Assembly: GCA_030704615.1 (NCBI GenBank)
Contig: CM060731.1
Location: 27,218,001-27,282,000, forward strand
Direction of reading: 5' to 3'
Length of the DNA stretch: 64,000 nucleotides
From: Takakia lepidozioides
Taxonomy: Eukaryota; Plantae; Bryophyta
The notes beneath the pieces are model-generated. The model ran no database searches, was not told the DNA's origin, and saw nothing but the letters and a program-made list of their open reading frames with translations. Position numbers and translations under genes: made by a program. Position 1 is the first letter of the stretch, and each line of letters starts with the position of its first letter. This document shows, piece by piece, positions 62,511 through 64,000 of this stretch.

Positions 62511-63373
62511 TGAGCTTGGCTTGCGGTCCCAACACAATGGTGCGCCCATCCTTTTCGGATAGTAGAACTGTACTGCTGCAAGTAGCTCTGACTCTGGCCA
62601 CAGAAAGATCCGACTTATGTCTTGCCTACCAGTAACCTGTTTTGCTCGAACTAAGATAATACTATGTCATTCACTTGTGTTTCCACGTGCATGTATTTTT
62701 GTGTGTTGGAGGGTTCATGTTTTTCTGCTCTCCCAAACTTTGCTTTCCTCATTCGACCCCGGCAAGGAAATGCGGCACCGCATTTCCAAGTAACGTCGTA
62801 GGTACTGGTAGATGTGGCCTTCGCCAACGCCAAACCGCCCACAAATTTTGAACGTGCGAACCCTAATGCGGCACCGCATTTCCCAGTTGAGTCGCAAACC
62901 TTTCCCGCCGAATACCCGAAGATGACAGAATTGTGAAGTACTGCAGACTCTATTGGTGCAGACGCTATTGGTTCAATCGCGGCAAAAAGGTCAGCTTCAT
63001 TCCAATGTTAAGGCATGTAAAACCGCGGAATACTCTATACAGGCCAGTATGCGATGTCTTTTTGCCGTGGTATACTGGATTTCTCGTTGCACAGTCACTC
63101 ATTTCCATGAGTGGATCTAAAAAACCATGAGCGGACTTGTTACTAACGACATATCTTCGCCGCATTACAGGATCTGGAACTTCCAAAAACGGCAAGGTCA
63201 AATAAAAAACTATTATTTTAATATTTGTTTAATCTGTTGCATTTCCAAATTTGGAGGAGTCCGCTCATGAAATCCGCATGTCTTAGACTTCGGCTCACCG
63301 CTCATGCGGCTCATGCGGCTCATGGCTCATGGCTCATGGTTTCTACTCATGAAATAGTAAACCTCGACTCAGC

Positions 63374-64000
63374 TCAAGGATCTAATGTCAAAGGGGTACA
63401 TCCGGCCGAGTAAGTCACCTCACGGAGCCCGGTGCTATTCGCAGACAAGAACGATGGGACGCTGCGGATATGTGTCAATTACAGGGCCCTGAATAAGGTG
63501 ACTATCAAGAACCGGTACCCTTTGCCAAGGATCGATGACCTCTTCGATCGGTTGGCAGGAGCGAAGTATTTCAGCCGGATTGATTTGCGCTCTGGGTATC
63601 ATCAGATCCGAGTGGCGGAAGGAGATGAGGAGAAGACCGCGTGCAGGACAAGATATGGTTTGTATGAGTTCTTGGTGATGCCTTTTGGGCTCACCAACGC
63701 ACCCGCAACTTTTAGCACGCTAATGAACAGCCTTTTCCAGGAGTGGTTGGACGACTTTGTGATCGTGTACATCGACGATATCTTGGTGTACTCGAAAACA
63801 AAGGAAGAGCACCTGGAGCACCTCAAAAGGGTGTTCCAGAAATTACGGGAAGGGAAGCTGTATGCCAAAGCTTCAAAGTGCGAATTCGGGGTCACAAAAG
63901 TGGAGTTCTTGGGGCATGTGATTACACAGGATGGGATCAAAATGGATGACAGAAAGGTGAGAGCAATCTTGGACTAGGAGCCTCCGACTTCGGTCCCAGG
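63374..64000 (+). pseudogene. Reverse transcriptase of the chromovirus-like element (continuation of 41488)
   Basis: [35 protein letters not shown]; stops at 63411 and 63975. Confidence 0.92.

Larger units (their letters stand above)
41489..63365 (+). mobile_element. Mutator-like DNA transposon (~10 kb without nested family B copy 2)
   Basis: 8-bp TSD GACTCAGC (41481-41488 / 63366-63373); imperfect 20-bp TIR GGGGGCTGCTATTTCATGAG vs GAGGTTTACTATTTCATGAG; subterminal CATGAG repeats; MULE+SWIM transposase. Confidence 0.88.
38805..64000 (+). mobile_element. tRNA-Met-primed Ty3/gypsy element (chromovirus-like), interrupted by a MULE; continues beyond the window
   Basis: LTR 38805-39535 TG..CA, PBS TGGTATCAGAGC 39538-39549, gag, PR; RT resumes at 63374. 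Confidence 0.9.

Overview
Eukaryotic genomic DNA, most likely from a seed-free land plant (inferred from PLS/DYW PPR remnants plus a four-domain voltage-gated channel gene). Host coding sequence is limited to five exons of a Cav-like channel (4.8-9.2 kb); the rest is a deeply nested transposon stack. Family A is an Athila/Tat-like gypsy family with extra ORFs (3' end at 1-2053, degenerate copy 11544-14309, complete but RT-deleted copy 18300-29023, TSD CTCGT). Family B has two gypsy copies with Gag-PR-DNMT3-like methyltransferase-RT-RH-IN-PHD (14310-38804 and 46118-57958). The complete B copy has split/permuted repeats (A...B-A-B), a palindromic CA-GC-TG junction and a self-complementary primer site. 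A hAT-like Pack element (16801-31720, 16-bp TIR, 8-bp TSD) carries PPR-DYW sequence. A tRNA-Met-primed gypsy (38805->64000) is interrupted by a Mutator-like element (41489-63365) holding a GCM-like/MULE/SWIM transposase, two divergent unknown paralogous ORFs and a CRISPR-looking, ~53-bp-phased palindrome array. All calls are by eye; no database searches were run.
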